Source: Podarcis erhardii (taxonomy: Eukaryota). Taken from it: a stretch of DNA of 64,000 bases. A program made the position numbers and the translations under genes. The notes under the pieces are model-generated. The model did no database searches and had not been told where the DNA came from. It saw only the letters and a program-made list of their open reading frames with translations. Positions 35,893 to 50,600 of the stretch are shown one piece after another. Position 1 is the first letter of the stretch. Each line of letters opens with the position of its first letter. The DNA is taken from NCBI GenBank assembly GCA_964252035.1, contig OZ176205.1, one strand, 5' to 3'.

Positions 35893-36138
35893 ATCGTGAA
35901 GCTGAGGCTCCAATAATTTGGCCACCTCATGAGAAGAGAAGACTGCCTGGAAAAGACCCTGATGCTGGGAAAGATTGTGGGCACAAGGAGAAGGGGACGA
36001 CAGAGGACGAGATGGTTGGATAGTGTTCTCGAAGCTACCAGCATGAGTCTCACCAAACTGCGGGAGACAGTGGAAGACAGGAGTGCCTGGCGAGCTCTGG
36101 TCCATGGGGTCACGAAGAGTCGGACACGACTAAATGAC

Positions 36139-36170
<32 letters not shown>
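35893..36170 (+). mobile_element. BovB (RTE-clade) LINE 3' fragment with (CAA)n tail
   Basis: Encodes FGHLMRREDCLEKTLMLGKIVGTRRRGRQRTRWLD..; ends GGGGTCACGAAGAGTCGGACACGACTAAATGACTAAACAACAAC. Confidence 0.92.
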
Positions 36171-39100
36171 CTACAGTAGGTCCTTAAAAATGTCATTGTG
36201 GTAAAGAAAATGATAGCAGGAATGTACTGGCCAGATTGCTGGGCCTCCAATATATGTCCTTGCTGCATAACCCCTTTACCCTCCTCTATTCCTCTTCTGA
36301 TGTGTCTACTGAAATATGAAAAGAACACCATAGGATTATGTGGGACAAATGAAAGAGAAGTTCAGATAAAATAAAATTAAATGTGGAGCATAACCTAAGT
36401 AGGTGTTGAAAACTTTCAAGTTAATTTTCAAGTGATGTTTGATCCTTTCATGATAATAATGGATACAATTGGATCATGGTACAATGATGAATTAACTGAA
36501 AATGTTGCACAGAGGGGGGTGGGCTAGAGAGCTTTTTGGCCAGGCTGATCATCTTTCAACTGCAGGTTTAGTTAAGGAGGATAATGCTGAAAGAGACTGC
36601 TCATCACACTTATCTCTGAATATTTGTGCAAAGTGTCTAAGCTTAATGGAATCCAAGACAGTGTCAGAGTCTCTTCACAAATTTAAACAGATGAAATATT
36701 TCTCTGAGTGCTTATTCTGCTTTTGACATTGCTCATATTTGATCAGTTAATGGTATTTCCTGCTTTGCTATTTCCAAAGGTCAAACGAAAAAATGTAGTT
36801 TAACAGCACACAATGATACATGCTTATTCAGAAGCAAGTCCCACTGTGTTCAGTGGGGTTTACTCTCAAGGAAGTGTGCACAGGATTACTGCCTAAGCAG
36901 TATAAATAAATGTGACTGCAATCCACTCTCTAGTGTTTCCATGATGTATCGTCATCCTGAAGCCAGGTACTCAGAAAGTCTTTTAATCTACTGCTAATGT
37001 TGCCACTGGGAATGTTTCTATCCTTAGAAGAAGTTCAACACTCTTTTGCAGGCATGGCATCAGATAAAAGAAAGGAAGCAATGACAGGCCTAGCCATATC
37101 TATTATCAGGCTATATCTGTTACCTTGGAGGACCAGAACTAGGGCATCTAAAACTATGTAGCTCTAAGAAATGTTCGGGTGATTAAGCTAGAAGAAAACA
37201 TATAGTCACATTCTCACACAATTTTTGGAAAAGCACTTATTGATAGTGAAACGGCAGTAGCTCATCACAGTTCCCATGTTCCTGTTGTCAACCCTTGTGA
37301 TTTCTAATCAAATCCTAATACGTTGGATCCTTCTGCAAACAGGAAAGCTCATTCTGTTCTTGGAAGGGCGTGAGATTCAGCAGAAACTCCTGCTGGTGAA
37401 AGCCAAGAGGAATTTTCATTGATTCTCCCCTGTGGCACCCTATGCCACCTGCCACATAGTTTGAGGGTCCTCCAGCTCTCCGAAGCAGCTTTTCGGCAGC
37501 TATCAACTCCCACTTCCTTTACCTCATGAGCAGAGTTCCACTCATTGGAATTCTAGATCCAATTTTATATCCATACTTTGAAAGCGTGACTTTAGAAATC
37601 CTTAGCATGATTCTGGTTAAACCAACAGAAGCATTATACTTTGCAAAGAATAATGGTTTGTATGGAATGCAGCTCTATGTTTAAGTTCCACCAGCCCAAT
37701 CTTTCCACACGCTACATCAGTTATGGGATTTCCCCAAACCCTCCAGAGATTATTTGAAGAAAGGGTGGGCTATACACAGGGGGAGAAGAGGGGGTAATTT
37801 CTGTTTCATTGCTTCTGCTAGTGCAATGGGTTAGTAGAATACAGTCCAAAATTTGTATACATGATTTACAAACATGAACACTGCTGGTTCCCAGCCTATT
37901 ACCAACACTGATAATACAATGCATCCCTCCCAAAAAAAATCATAAATAAAAAACATGCAAATATAACAGAAATTGAGAACACATTCTGCAAAGGGGCCTT
38001 TAAAGTGGAGATCAGAATTATGTGGCCAATATTATGTCTTGTGGCTTTCCTACACCACCATGGGATGTAGACATGGGGTTTATGGTATTAGTTTTCCTGG
38101 TTATAATTCGAGCACTTCTGGCCCACTTTCTAATAGTCCTTTCACACTGCTACAACCTGTTTGGTTATAGAAATGAGGCTTTTAGATCAATAGACCGCCA
38201 TGTCATGATAATGTCATTCACACCAATGGGTGTGGTGTGACCCAACAGCAGACACTTTCAGACATATTGCTCCCCACACCCTTTATCTGCATGTGTGCTT
38301 CTGTTCCCCTACGATTCACCCATAACAAACTGGAAAAGAACTGCAGTTTATGATACCACCCTGAATTTTGTCTTACAAACAGTTCTGTTCATAACTGAGC
38401 AGTATAAAATGTTTAACTGCAAAAGTAAGCAGATTGAATGGTAACATTTATTGTGCCACATGAGACATTGGGAGTTTGATTATATGTTGAATTTTCTTAT
38501 CTTGTGTAATGAAAGGGGGGGAAAAATACTTCTAGCATAAATTTTCTGGGGTGTGTGGAGAGCGTATTATTAACTATTCCAGATTCCTTGATGATTTACC
38601 ACTTTTATCTTCAGATACAGCCCTAGCAAAACACTTCACACTACCATGGATGAATCCAACTTACAGAGTGACTAATTAGGGCCTTCCTGAAGAAGCTCAG
38701 AAGGCCAACAACTACCTCTGCAAAGTTGGCCAATATTAATCAGAGATGTGATTTGCTAATTCATTGCTCTTAATTTAGAAGCCACACTTCCTGTTCTAGC
38801 CCTCCTCATAAATGCCGTGAGATGTGTTGACACGCAGTCAGATTTAGAACTATTTCTAGTGATCATCTTTGTAGCTTTAAATGCAAAGTTTCTAATTTCA
38901 GAAAAGCCTTAAACACAAATGAAAGGAAGAACTCATAATTAACTGAAGAAGCTTGAACGCAAAAGAAAACTTAATTAGCAAACCAAAAGACCAAACAAAA
39001 TAACTGTAGTTGTTTCACATAAGTGAGGAAATGAGAACTTGACATTTCCGTAACATGTCTTTAGCATATCAAGCTGAGAGGCTCATTTCAGATATCATCC

Positions 39101-39717
39101 CATATCATGGACTGCAGAAACTAGGGTTTAGGTCACAATAAAAATACAGGCAAGCCATGGTTTACAGTTTAATTTTTCATCTGTTCATCACTGTCATTTC
39201 TAAATGCAATGGTCTCCTGAGAAAGGAAAGCTATTAGGAGAGAGGTACATGACAGCCATTTGTAAGTTTGGAGGTATGAAAGTACAGCAAGAACAGCTTA
39301 AACTGAGTGTTCCTTAGAGGTTAGTTATGTTCATCAGTTATGTTCATCAGTTTCAATGGATCTGCTCTGAATAGCACCCCAAGTCTCTCATGCTGTTAGT
39401 TCACCAGAAGTTTAGCCTCCAAAAGCTTCTTCAGTAACCTGTTATTCCATGCCCTTCCTTCCTTCTAATCTGAAACAGATTAGATCCATGTGCTTTGTAT
39501 GTACACTTGAAGAAATATGAAATTATGTAGCAGAAGAGGATTACAATAGATGCTACTTAGTGAAAGTGGCTGTATCAAAGATAAGGAAACTGTAGCTTTC
39601 CATATGTTTTAGTACAACTCTCATCATTCCTGGCCATTAGCCAGAATAGGATTTGGAGTCCAATACATGGAAGATCATGTCTGTGCCTATGTAAGAAACA
39701 TATACGCTGTATGTGGC

Positions 39718-39744
39718 TTCTCTCTCTCTCTCTCTCTCTCTCTC
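39718..39744. repeat. (CT)n microsatellite
   Basis: Direct reading. Confidence 0.85.
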
Positions 39745-42001
39745 TTGGCGGAGGGTCTCCCCTCCCTATAACAATCAACGTATAAAAGTACTGCTTCAGT
39801 TTAGACCCAGAAAAAAGCCACCAGCTCACCAAATGCTACATGATGAAGCCACTGGTTTGGTTTTTTTATATAGCTTGCCTGGGATTATAAAACTGTGGCA
39901 ACCATAAAACATGACTCATGGCATCAGGTTTTTCAGGTCTGCCACAAGTGCTTTATTCTTTTTCAGCACTGTTTATTTACATTATTCTTTTCCTGAAGGA
40001 CTATCATCCATAAGCACCTTGATATCATATTGTCCTCAAAGCTCTATTTCTCAATAGACAGTATCTAGGAAAGGGTAGCTGAGCCTATCCCACTAGTCTT
40101 CTGGGCCTCCATCTCCTTTTCTTCTGCAGCTTCCTTGTTCCCATCTCCTGTTGTTCCCAGCTGGAATTACCCAGTGACTTCCTACTCTCCAGCCACCATG
40201 TGTCCATGGAAGCCACCACCTTTGTACACACATGGTAGGAGCAACTGTGCAAGGTTTTTATTATTAGGCCCTTCAGCTGTGCCAGATTCAAACTGAAGAC
40301 ATTCCCCTCATTGCTTTCCCCCCTTCCATTCTGGCCAACACAAGCAAATAGGGCTTGAGAATCTGTAGGTGCTCTACAACCTTCTGCTTCCCAGATTTAG
40401 GATTGCTCTGCAAAATTGCTAGTGAGGCAGGAGACCCGAACCACAAATCTCTTCTTTCCTTCATCTGTAGTACTTCACATAAAGGCTAGGCAGTGACTCA
40501 TAAAATCCCTTGCCAGTCATGTTCAGTCCAGATGTGATAGTGTTGTTATTCTTATTGTACTGTTTATATCTGTGAGCTGGTCTAAGCCTTCTGTCTCCAT
40601 CTCCTTTTCCTTTGCTCTTCCAGCTCTGCTCCAGACCAGAGGTCATTTCTCCCTTCAGCTGAAGTGTGTTGCATTGATTACCATAGCCCTACTTAAACTT
40701 TGCTTGAAGAGAAGGCCAGATTAAATCACAACTTGCTTTACTAGGCTGCTTGACATTAATTAGATGCTCATATGGAGTCCAATTTGGCATAAAGGCAAAA
40801 CGTACAGTTTTCCAACTGCAGGATTTGGAACCTATGCACAGTGGATGCAAACAGCCTAATTAGCAGCTTCTGCATTTCCACCTCCAAGACAAACGTTATT
40901 AGGTGCCCAGCCTCGTGTCTGAGATTCTCATTTGGCAGACCCTCTTATAGGCAATATAATAGCAAATGTTAAAAGATGCCATAAACTTCTGTAACATGCC
41001 TAGGATCCAGAGCTCAGCAAACTGCCATTTCTGACTACAGGGAATCTCAATCCAAAAGCCTTCCTCACTTTCACTTTCAGGGTTCACTTTAAATTAAAAG
41101 GAAGAGTGGTGAGTCTGAACTAAAACTTAACTCGCCAGTTTCAGTTTAAATAGTGCATGATAACGACTGTGCAAAGGACGGAATTGCTGCAAAGCAATTT
41201 CAGATAATTACTCTTTACATTAAAAACAAACCAGAAAGAACACAGCTAATTAGTTCGCAAAGAAAAAGGTGAGGCTGGCAGCTTAGTAAGTGCTCCTTAG
41301 AAATAACTTTCCTTTATATCGTTACTGGTTCACAACACCACTTGTTTCAGTTATCTTCCATTATCTTGAGTCTTGGGCTTTTGTTTTGGTTGGAGTTTTT
41401 TTCTAGAAAAAAGAAAAAGATGCTCTACAAAACATTTTTTTTTTTAAAGATCAAAAATTTCATTGATTGCCCAGCACAAATTGCAATGAAATTTCATTGC
41501 GCAATAAACACACACATATACATACCCAAGATCCAAGAGAACAACTTTGGGAATGGGGCTGGATTCATAGTATATCTCACCTGAGAAATCTCAAGCCATT
41601 TCAGTCTATTGAGAGATTGAGAGATTGTCTTGGTCAAATAGATTTCTGTATTTCTTTGTCCACATGAAGAAATATCCCTCACAGGATAAGCTGCTATCTC
41701 AGGGGGCATCAGAGTTAGACCTAGTAACAGCTTCCTCACAATGACATTATATCCTTAGAGAAATAAAAACTCTCCTTGCTGACTTGAAGATCGCAGTTTA
41801 TTCAGCACAAAATCATTCTGCATATGCACTGGACCCTGGACACAGTTTTATCATTTGAGGAAGTCAGATAACCACAAATGAAGAAGATGCTTGGAAGAAA
41901 CACAGTTACACATGCTATGATCCTGTCTAATTATTCTGGAGGGAAGTGGGGGACATATTGTATTATAGCTAATTAGGTTACAGTAGGCCCATTTAAATCA
42001 A

Positions 42002-42349
42002 GGGAGGTGCTGTGGTCTAAACCACAAAGCCTAGGGCTTGCTGATCAGAAGGTTGGCGGTTCGAATCCCCGTGATGGGGTGAGCTCCCGTTGCTCGGTCC
42101 CTGCTCCTGCCAACCTAGCAGTTCGAAAGCATGTCAAAATGCAAGTAGATAAATAGATACCACTCCGGTGGGAAGATAAATGGTGTTTTTGTGCACTGCT
42201 CTGGTTCACCAGAAGCAGCTTAGTCATGCTGGCCACATGACCCAGAAGCTGTACGTCAGCTCCCTCGGCCAGTAAAGCGAGATGAGCACCACAACCCCAG
42301 AGTCGTCTGCCACTGGACCTAACGGTCAGGGGTCCCTTTACCTTTACCT
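42002..42349 (+). mobile_element. Sauria SINE
   Basis: GTGCTGTGGTCTAAACCACAAAGCCTAGG head and GGGGTCCCTTTACCTTTACC tail; no clear TSD. Confidence 0.88.
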
Positions 42350-44301
42350 AATCTGGTTAAAACTTACCCATCTGACACAAACTCATTAACTTTATATTAT
42401 AGTTTTCTGTTTTTAATTTAATCACATGCAACTTTGGGTCTCCTCCTAGCCTCCTTTGACCCTTTTGTGTGATCAGTTCTATTTCTTCTCTTTCTTTCTT
42501 CTACACTCCTAAAATATGTGCTGTGTGTCTATAAGGTAATGTGTGGAGTACTAGGTTAAGTAATGTCACCGTATATGTGGGAGGAACTGAGTTGGTTGAC
42601 TGAGCAGAAAATGCACTAAATGTTAAGCGGAATATGCACTAAACTTTAATTAAAAGTTAAGTTTCTCCTTAACTTTGGTTGTTGATTCTGAAATCAAAGC
42701 TGCAGTGCAAGGGGCTGGATTCAACCAATGAGTCCTGCTGGCTGACATGCATGCAAGGGCTTTTGCTAGCACAACAAGCCTTCCTCATTTTCCTCCATTG
42801 ACTCTGGGGGAGTTGGGAGAAGCCCCAGAAGGGGAAATCATTCCATCAGGCAAGTAGCCATGGTTGAACTGGCTGAGTGATCTGCTTAGCACTATATTGA
42901 ATTTGTCCCCTTCTAATGGGTAAGTCTGATGAGTACCATGCTGGTGCAAAGGACAAACACCAACAGAACCGGTACATTAGTCATACAAAACTGGCAGCTG
43001 GTCTATTGCAGAATCTTGGAGAGCACCAAGAGGCAGCAGAAGCTCATCTGACAAAGTTCAACTAAACCAATGGCTGCACACATGGGCAAGAGGCAAGGTA
43101 TATGAAAAGCAACCTGGGCAGTTTAATGCTAATAAAGTTTCCATGGTTCATGGAACCGAAGGGTAATTTGAATTAAGCACTTGAATAGGGCGTAATGAGG
43201 GGAAACCTGGAAGGATGCTGTGACGACCTGGCATTTTCCGGAAAAGTCTGACAAGTATCATGCAATTCCAAGAGCATTTACAGACCAGTGTAAGAAAAGA
43301 GCTTTGTTGGTTCCATAGTTTGGAACTTTTTTAAAAGGGATGCTAGCCATATATTGAAAAGCTTGGCTCATGGTAACTCTTTTCTGCCCAAATGAGCTGA
43401 TGCATTCAATAATTGTGCATTAGGACTGGGCTGAAATTCTGCCTGGAATCAGGGTTTCAATTAAGCTTGAGAATTCAGTTGCTGAAGCACCACACTTATA
43501 TTTGGATTTGGAGGCAGTTTGAGTGTGTGGGTACCTGCTTATTTCAATTTAATTGCACACACACATATGAGCCATTTCAATATTATTCATTGAATGCACT
43601 GTTTAGCAAACAATGGCAAAATTAATTTGAATAATTCATATTTTTATAAAGTATTCAGCTTGGCTTTATTCATACATATGTTTATATAAAATGGTTGAGG
43701 ACTTTATAAGCAGCACATGAATTATTCAATTGATTTTACTGTTTGCTATATATAACTGTATATATAAGAACACTTTCTAAGTTGGCTCTAAAAATAGCCC
43801 CCAATGCTGTTTTGTCCATACATTGTGAAATTCAGGGACATGCTGAGTGCACCCCCCCCCCATCAGCTTATCTCTTGAGATGGAAGCAGACTATTAATGG
43901 CATCGCCTTTGAATCCATCTTTGTCATTGATCATTTCTATGAGCACCCTATTTAATATTGCTCAGGATGTTTCCCTTACTGCACCGTGTATAATTTAGGT
44001 AATCAACACTAAATAAAATCACATAAACTTCAATCATATGACTCATTGGCAATGGGCAGACTGTATTCCAGGTTTTTGTGGTTTTTTTGAGCAGTTTATT
44101 GAATATTAAATCATATGAATCAACTACTAGCTTCAGGGGTTTTGAAAAAAATGATTTTATTTATGAGCAGAAATAACTATAACTATATATAACTATAAAA
44201 CTATCTACCTACTTATCTGTCTGTCAATATAACTCACATAAAGTGTGAACTGATGATTATAGGATCAGTACATATAATGACCATCTTTCATGTGCCAGAA
44301 G

Positions 44302-44507
44302 CAGGGCTGGATTTAGGTTTGATGAGGTCCTAAGCTACTGAAGTTAATGGGGCCCTTTATATGTCCAACTGTCCTTTGTCAACAACAAATTGTAACTGTG
44401 TTTTGTGTTGAATATGTGTTATATGGTAATTTATGGACCTAATAGGCATCTTAAACCATTTGCACATGCAGAATGTAGGCACCCTATATATAGAAATGAG
44501 CAAACCA
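44302..44507. mobile_element. Truncated hAT MITE of the same family as 13972 and 20210
   Basis: CAGGGCTGGATTTAGGTTTGATGAGG terminus with shared internal sequence; the second terminus is absent. Confidence 0.75.
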
Positions 44508-44903
44508 ATTTTGCGCTTGGAGAAACCATCCCTGTGCTCTCCCTATGCCACTGCTTACTTCTGAGTAGACATGTATAGGGTTGTGGTGTCACCAAACAAT
44601 TGCCTCTCCAAGGGCTTCTGCAACATATCACCATGTTGTAAGCCACCCTGGATACTTTGAGAAGAAGGGTGGTATTGCCTCTGCTGAGACCCTCGCTGCC
44701 ACCTGCTACCTCGCCACCTTAGTTTTGAAAAAGCACTTTGAATGCATTATAACACTGTGATACCAGATGGCACTGTAGAGTTCCATTTTTGGCAACGTGA
44801 TTTCCCATTATGAGGTTTACGATGCGTTTCCCTGAAATGTTTTTTTTTATGTGTCTAGATCCAGCCTCAGCTTTTGGGAGCTAATAGAAACGCAGGCAGC
44901 AGA

Positions 44904-45060
44904 CCATTGCTCCATCTAGTTCAGCACTGTCCACCATGATTAGCTGTGGGTTTTCAGTGCTTTGGACAGATGTCTTTCCCCGTTCTGTCTTAAGATCCTT
45001 GGGATCGAGCCTGGGACCTTCTGCATGCAAAGCAGATTCTCTGCCACTGTGCTATGGCCC
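44904..45060 (-). mobile_element. tRNA-derived SINE with CR1-like tail, degraded
   Basis: The minus strand reads GGGCCATAGCACAGTGGCAGAGAATCTGCTTTGCATGCAGAAGGTCCCAGGCTCGATCCC, a tRNA-like head with A and B boxes. Confidence 0.65.
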
Positions 45061-46330
45061 TTCCCCTGTCAAGTCAGATGCATGCTGCTCCCCCATTTCG
45101 CTGCTGGCTACTGCATGCAAATAAATCACCATTATTGCTGTTGGTGTTGCTTCTCTATTACTATTTGTTCGTAGGGGGACAGTTGTATACATGTGCTCCT
45201 TTGCACATATCAAGCTGTCACTTCCACTGAGGTCAGCTTCTGTGCCAAAGAACTGCATGAGTAAGTATATCAGACAGCATTTATGGGTCTGTATATTGAT
45301 GTGCACCAAGTGTTCCTATCTCTGTTTCCAAATATACTATGAGAAATACCCTAGAAAAGAAAGTTAACCTATTAGTTCCACCCACTTAAAAAAATATCCC
45401 TTCTTTTGTTTTACTCACAGAGAATCTCTTGTGGTTCATAACATTGTTATTGAACGCGTCTAATGATTTGCTGAGGACCTCATCTAGCTGCATTAGCAAG
45501 CAACATGAGATTAGAACTATATAGTGATATAGGTACTCTTGAAATGAATGAAAATATTCCGCTACCAAGGAGGGTCTCCAGAGATCAAATTAGGAGCTAG
45601 CTGTGAAGGGAGATGTTTAGGCATGTGCTGGAATTATTTATCAGCATTTTCTGCTTATGCGGGAAATAAGCAGACATTAAGTTTAAATTAAGGAAGGAGG
45701 AAAGAATCAAGTTTGTTTTAAAGTGATTTGACTGCTAATGATATTTCTGAATTATGCTCAGTTTAATAGCTTAAAGTAATTTGCAGTGATAATAATTGTC
45801 CCTGCCAGGATCTAATGTTGAACATTCCTTCCATAGAATCATCAATGACAAATGGACAATGCTATTGTATATTTATCATGGGCTTTGTTCGTTTTAAAAT
45901 TTGTTTTCCGCTTGAAATATAACATTGTTTTGTGGCACTCATCCACATTTTTTTTAAAAAGAAACTGACTGAAAGTCCATTTAAAAATAATAAATGGGAC
46001 TTTATGTTTCATTTATTTGTCTTTATTTAAATGAGCTGCTGCAGAGGGTGAAAGCAGTATAATTATTAGTTTTGAACATGAAGGTGTTTCACACACACAC
46101 ACACATTCACGATAAATGTGTTTAAAATTATTCCAGCCCAGCGTGAAATTGTTATCTTAATTTTATTGTTCCAGCAGTGCCTTCTTTTAAAATATGCAGA
46201 AATGGAAAAAAGGTGTTTATACTTAGCACACCTGATGCAATAGTTATCCAACTAATGCTTTCTGCTGCAGATGGATGGATGGATGGATGACTTGTTGGTA
46301 ATAGTGCATCTGATTGTAAAGACCTAGATA

Positions 46331-46536
46331 CAGTGGTACCTCAGGTTACAGATGCTTCAGATTACAGACTCCGCTAACCCAGAAATAGTACTTTGGGTTA
46401 AGAACTTTGCTTCAGGATGAGAACAGAAATTGCATGGTGGTGGCAGCGGGGGGGGGGGGGGCATTAGCTAAAGTGGTACTTCAGGTTAAGAACGGACCTC
46501 CAGAACAAATTAAGTTCTTAACCCGAGGTACCTCTG
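46331..46536. mobile_element. Tc1/mariner (Tigger-like) MITE with TA duplication
   Basis: TA|CAGTGGTACCTC ... GAGGTACCTCTG|TA. Confidence 0.85.
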
Positions 46537-46949
46537 TATGTGAATATCTCAGTGAACCAAAGCAGGAAGAGGTCCAATAATGTAATAAAAGAGCCATAGT
46601 GTAGGTTTATGTGTGTGCATGTGTGCACATGGGGTGCCTGCTGAAGGAGAGCACTAAAACACTGTCAATGAATATTAACTGAGAAGGAGGTTTGGCTCCT
46701 AGTCCTTCATGGCAGATATCTGTAGAAGTTAGTGCAGCAGAAATGTGTTTGCTTCCCTGAGTGGAAGAACAGTGAGAGAGATGAGGACACTGTATCTGTG
46801 TGTGTATGTTCTAGTGAATACTAATTCCAGACCCACATACTGGCTATGCAAAGCACCTGCGGTGACTTTCAACCATTTGAATAAAACTTGCCCCAAACCA
46901 ACAGGCTACTATTCTAAGCACTTGTGCACCAACACTGGATGCTGATGAA

Positions 46950-47690
46950 GACATTAAAGAAAAAAATTATTCTCAGCTCGATGCCATCCTATCAGAGACT
47001 CCTGGGTGATTTTAATGTAAGAGTTGGGCGAGATTTTGACCTGTGGCCTGGAACTATTGGGAAAGAAGGAATGGGCAACAGCAACCAGAAAGGAATCTGA
47101 CTTTTGACAATATGTGCAGCGCACAACCTTGCTATTACCAACACACTCTTTTGACAAAATAAAATAATGTAAAACATCATGAAGCCTCAGTCGAACCACT
47201 GGCACCTCTTAGACTATGTAACTGTATGAGCTGAAGATGATCGTGAAGTGCTCCTTACCAGGTGATGAGTGCCGACAACTACTGGACAGATCACTGATTA
47301 CTATGTTCTACTATGGCTATCAAGATTATACCTCAACATAGGCTTCAAGGAAGGAAACCAAGGCGCAAAATGAACACCCAAGCCCTTCAAGATCCTATTA
47401 AGTGGGATTGCTTCCAAACAACTCTTAAGGACCACCTGCCTTCAGAGTTCCCTGATGACATTGAGGAACACTGGACCAAGCTAAGAACATCCATTATTGC
47501 AGCCTGTGAGCAATCTATTGGATACCAAACCAAGAAACACCAGGACTGGTTTGATAAGAATGACAGTGAGACTGAACACATTATTGACAAGAAAAGGAAG
47601 GCCTTTAAGATCTGACAAAGAGATAGAAACTGCACCACTAAGAAAAGACCTGATGCCAACGCTAAGGCTGAGATTAAAAGGAGAACCAGA
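46950..47690 (+). mobile_element. Old RTE-clade LINE, endonuclease-region fragment, decayed
   Basis: Across stops it reads LLGDFNVRVGRDFDLWPGTIGKEGMGNSNQKGI*LLTICAAHNLAITNTLF..HWHLLDYV, then IEEHWTKLRTSIIAACEQSIGY..KKHQDWFD. These are RTE endonuclease and linker motifs. Confidence 0.8.
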
Positions 47691-50600
47691 GAACTATTAT
47701 TTTTTAAAAAAAACAAACAAACCATGCTATATGGACTGACAGACAGATGTACATTCATTAGCATATATAATGGCAATCTCATGGTACTGTCTTTACAGTA
47801 CTAAATCAGAGTGAGAGGATTCCATGCACATGCAAAAGATCATTCAATGTAACATCTAGAAACTCTATACTAGGCATGGGGAACCATTCCCAGCTGGTCT
47901 ACACAAGAAGCTACACAGGAACAGTTCCATACACACTTCAGGGTAGGCAAAAGTATCAGTCGAGGATGCAGAACCTCCTCTCTCAGCAGCTCTGCTTTTG
48001 ATTCAAGTGGGGAAGGTGAAGGTGCTCCAGGGTTAAACAACTTTCCTCCACTTTTGAGGCGGACCTTCTGAACCTGTGGAGTTTGCTTTGAATCAGGTTC
48101 AAATGACCTGCAGCATCACCAATGATTTCTGTACTTAAAATTCCTCCCCAATGGATCTTTCCATTGCAAATATATTCTGTTTCCAGTAATATAAAGGCTC
48201 ATTTACCATTTTGACATAATAACATGATTTTCAACTTGTTGTTCCTGTATAGGTAACAATGGTCTATGACTACAATCTGTTTTATAGGGGGGGGGGGGTT
48301 GGTATATTTTAAGTATATTTGTAAATCTGAGAACAGATAAAGTTGCTTTGGAAAGAATTTCATTATTGTAATTAATTCATCCTATGATGCTTCTCCAATA
48401 AGCCACATAGACTAGCAGTCAGTTTGTGATTTGCCTATAATGGCATAAAATTTGATCAGAACTACTGCACCAGATTACCCCATATCAGGTTATTGTCTCA
48501 AAAAATATTGTCTCAACAAATCATGGATAACAAGTGGGGATTCCAAATGGAGACATAAATCCACAGCTGATTCAATAGAACATAGTGATGGGAATGAACA
48601 CCAGATTATTATTATTTGTTAGATTTGTATACCGTCCTTCATCTGAAGATCCCATGGCAGTTCACGACAGAAAAATGCAAAATGAGAATGCAAAATACAT
48701 AATAAAACAATTTCTTTTGCATGCCTTAGGCTGCTTTCTCAGTAGATCTTCCTCGCAGGATTAGGAATGGGGCATATATGTGCATACTTAATGACTGGAA
48801 TACTTGTAGTATAATGCTGTGCATATTTACCCTGAAGCAAATCTCACTGTGTTTATTGGGGGTTACTCCCTAAGCAAAGTCCATCTTAAGGAACCTAATT
48901 AAAACTTATGTTCTTAATGAGAACCCTGTTGTTCAGGCCAAAGTTCTAATATCCTGTTTCCCACAATGGCCAGCCAAATGCCTATAAAAAGCTCAAAAGC
49001 AGGATATGAGGACCACAGTCAGCGGCATTTGATAGCATGTTCCTTTTGAGCCCGGGGACAGCATGCAGCTCCTCTGACTGGTAGCCACTGCTAGCATTAT
49101 CCACCATGTTTTCATCCATTTTTAAATGGGCTAGCCATCAGCTTCACCACTGAACAGCAGCCTGAAGGGGGAGAAGGCAGAGTGACTCCACCTGCAGCTG
49201 ATCAGCCATCAAGGACACAGAGGAGAAGGCACTGATGAGAACCAGCTGGGCTCAGCCTTCCTAAGCAGAACTTCCAGAAGCTGGTAGCAATGTTTGTAGT
49301 TCCTGGCTCTACCTTGCTGCTTCTTGCTGGTCTTGACCTTGAGCCCATGATCAATGGATTCCCTGACCTGTCTGCCCACGAGGATGGCTTTTTGCGCAAC
49401 CCTAGGACTGGACCTGATTTTGGATGTTGAGTCTGCCTCCAGGTAAGTGCATCTCAAAGACTCTTCTGGTTGGCTGGCCTCCTACTCTACTGAGCTCTGC
49501 ATGTTGTTGTTCAGAAATGAGACTACAACGTTTAGGTTTATGGCTGTCACCACTTCACATGGCAGCAAAGTTCATAGTTTGCCTATATTTAATTACAGCT
49601 CTAAGCCCATGTTCATTGTCTATTGATGCTATGATGCAAACTTAAGGAACAGGAAATTCTTTCATTCCTTTCTAAAGGTGCTGAAGGAAAATTAAAATCC
49701 TGCATAATATTTGTTCCTTTGTTTTTTCTATTACTGGCATGCTGCAAAATTATATTTTAAAATGAAAGATCCTTACACTTTAAGTATATTATGTGAAATA
49801 TAAAGTTTGATTTGGAACATATTAATTGGAACATCTGGCTTCTTCAAAATGCTCAGTGGATAGAGGGAACCATATCTCAGTAGGAGGGGAAATTCTCCGT
49901 ATGCAGAAACTACAAGAGTAAATGTTTGGCTAAAATGATCTCTGATTTAACTGGCTGGCGGAGGCAGGGAGAAAGAATAGTTGTCGTTGTTGTTTTGTTA
50001 AGTACAGTAAAATAAAGTATATACTGCAATAATAGTAACAAAAAAACCCCCACCCATAATAACTATCAGTACATACATCTTAAGTCAAACACATAAGATA
50101 ATGTCAGCACTTCAAAAGTTCAGCTAGTTGGCCATATAAACTTGACATCTATATGAAACATGTTCAAATATAGTCAGGGCCATGAGGTCCTCACACCATT
50201 GTGTAGTAGACAGAGGGTATTTATCCTTCCAGTCTCAAAGTACAAGCTATGAAATCTATAAATATTTTAAAAAATATATTAAATGAATATCAGGGAAATA
50301 TCAGGTCAGTACATCATATGTTGGCATCATATGTTCATTACATGATTCTACAATTTACCTAAGATGTTTCAGACTTTTCAATGAGTTGTTTGTTTCAGTG
50401 CCCTGTTAGATTAAAATCAATTTATCACTAGACTTGTAATTAGGCGTGTCATGAAAGTTTGTTTAACTTTGGCTCAGAAATGAACTGCTAAGGCTTTTAA
50501 AAGTTTCAGTGAAAGGAAAGGCACAGAAGGATCCCTCACTTGATCCACAGTGAACCCTGCCATGCCTTTTTTTACTTACCTTACATACGTATTAATTAAT

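Noticed and set aside
49200-49448. Exon-like segment ending in CAG|GTAAGT
   Set aside because: The donor is strong, but I found no convincing long open frame, acceptor or protein match; a non-coding exon cannot be excluded.
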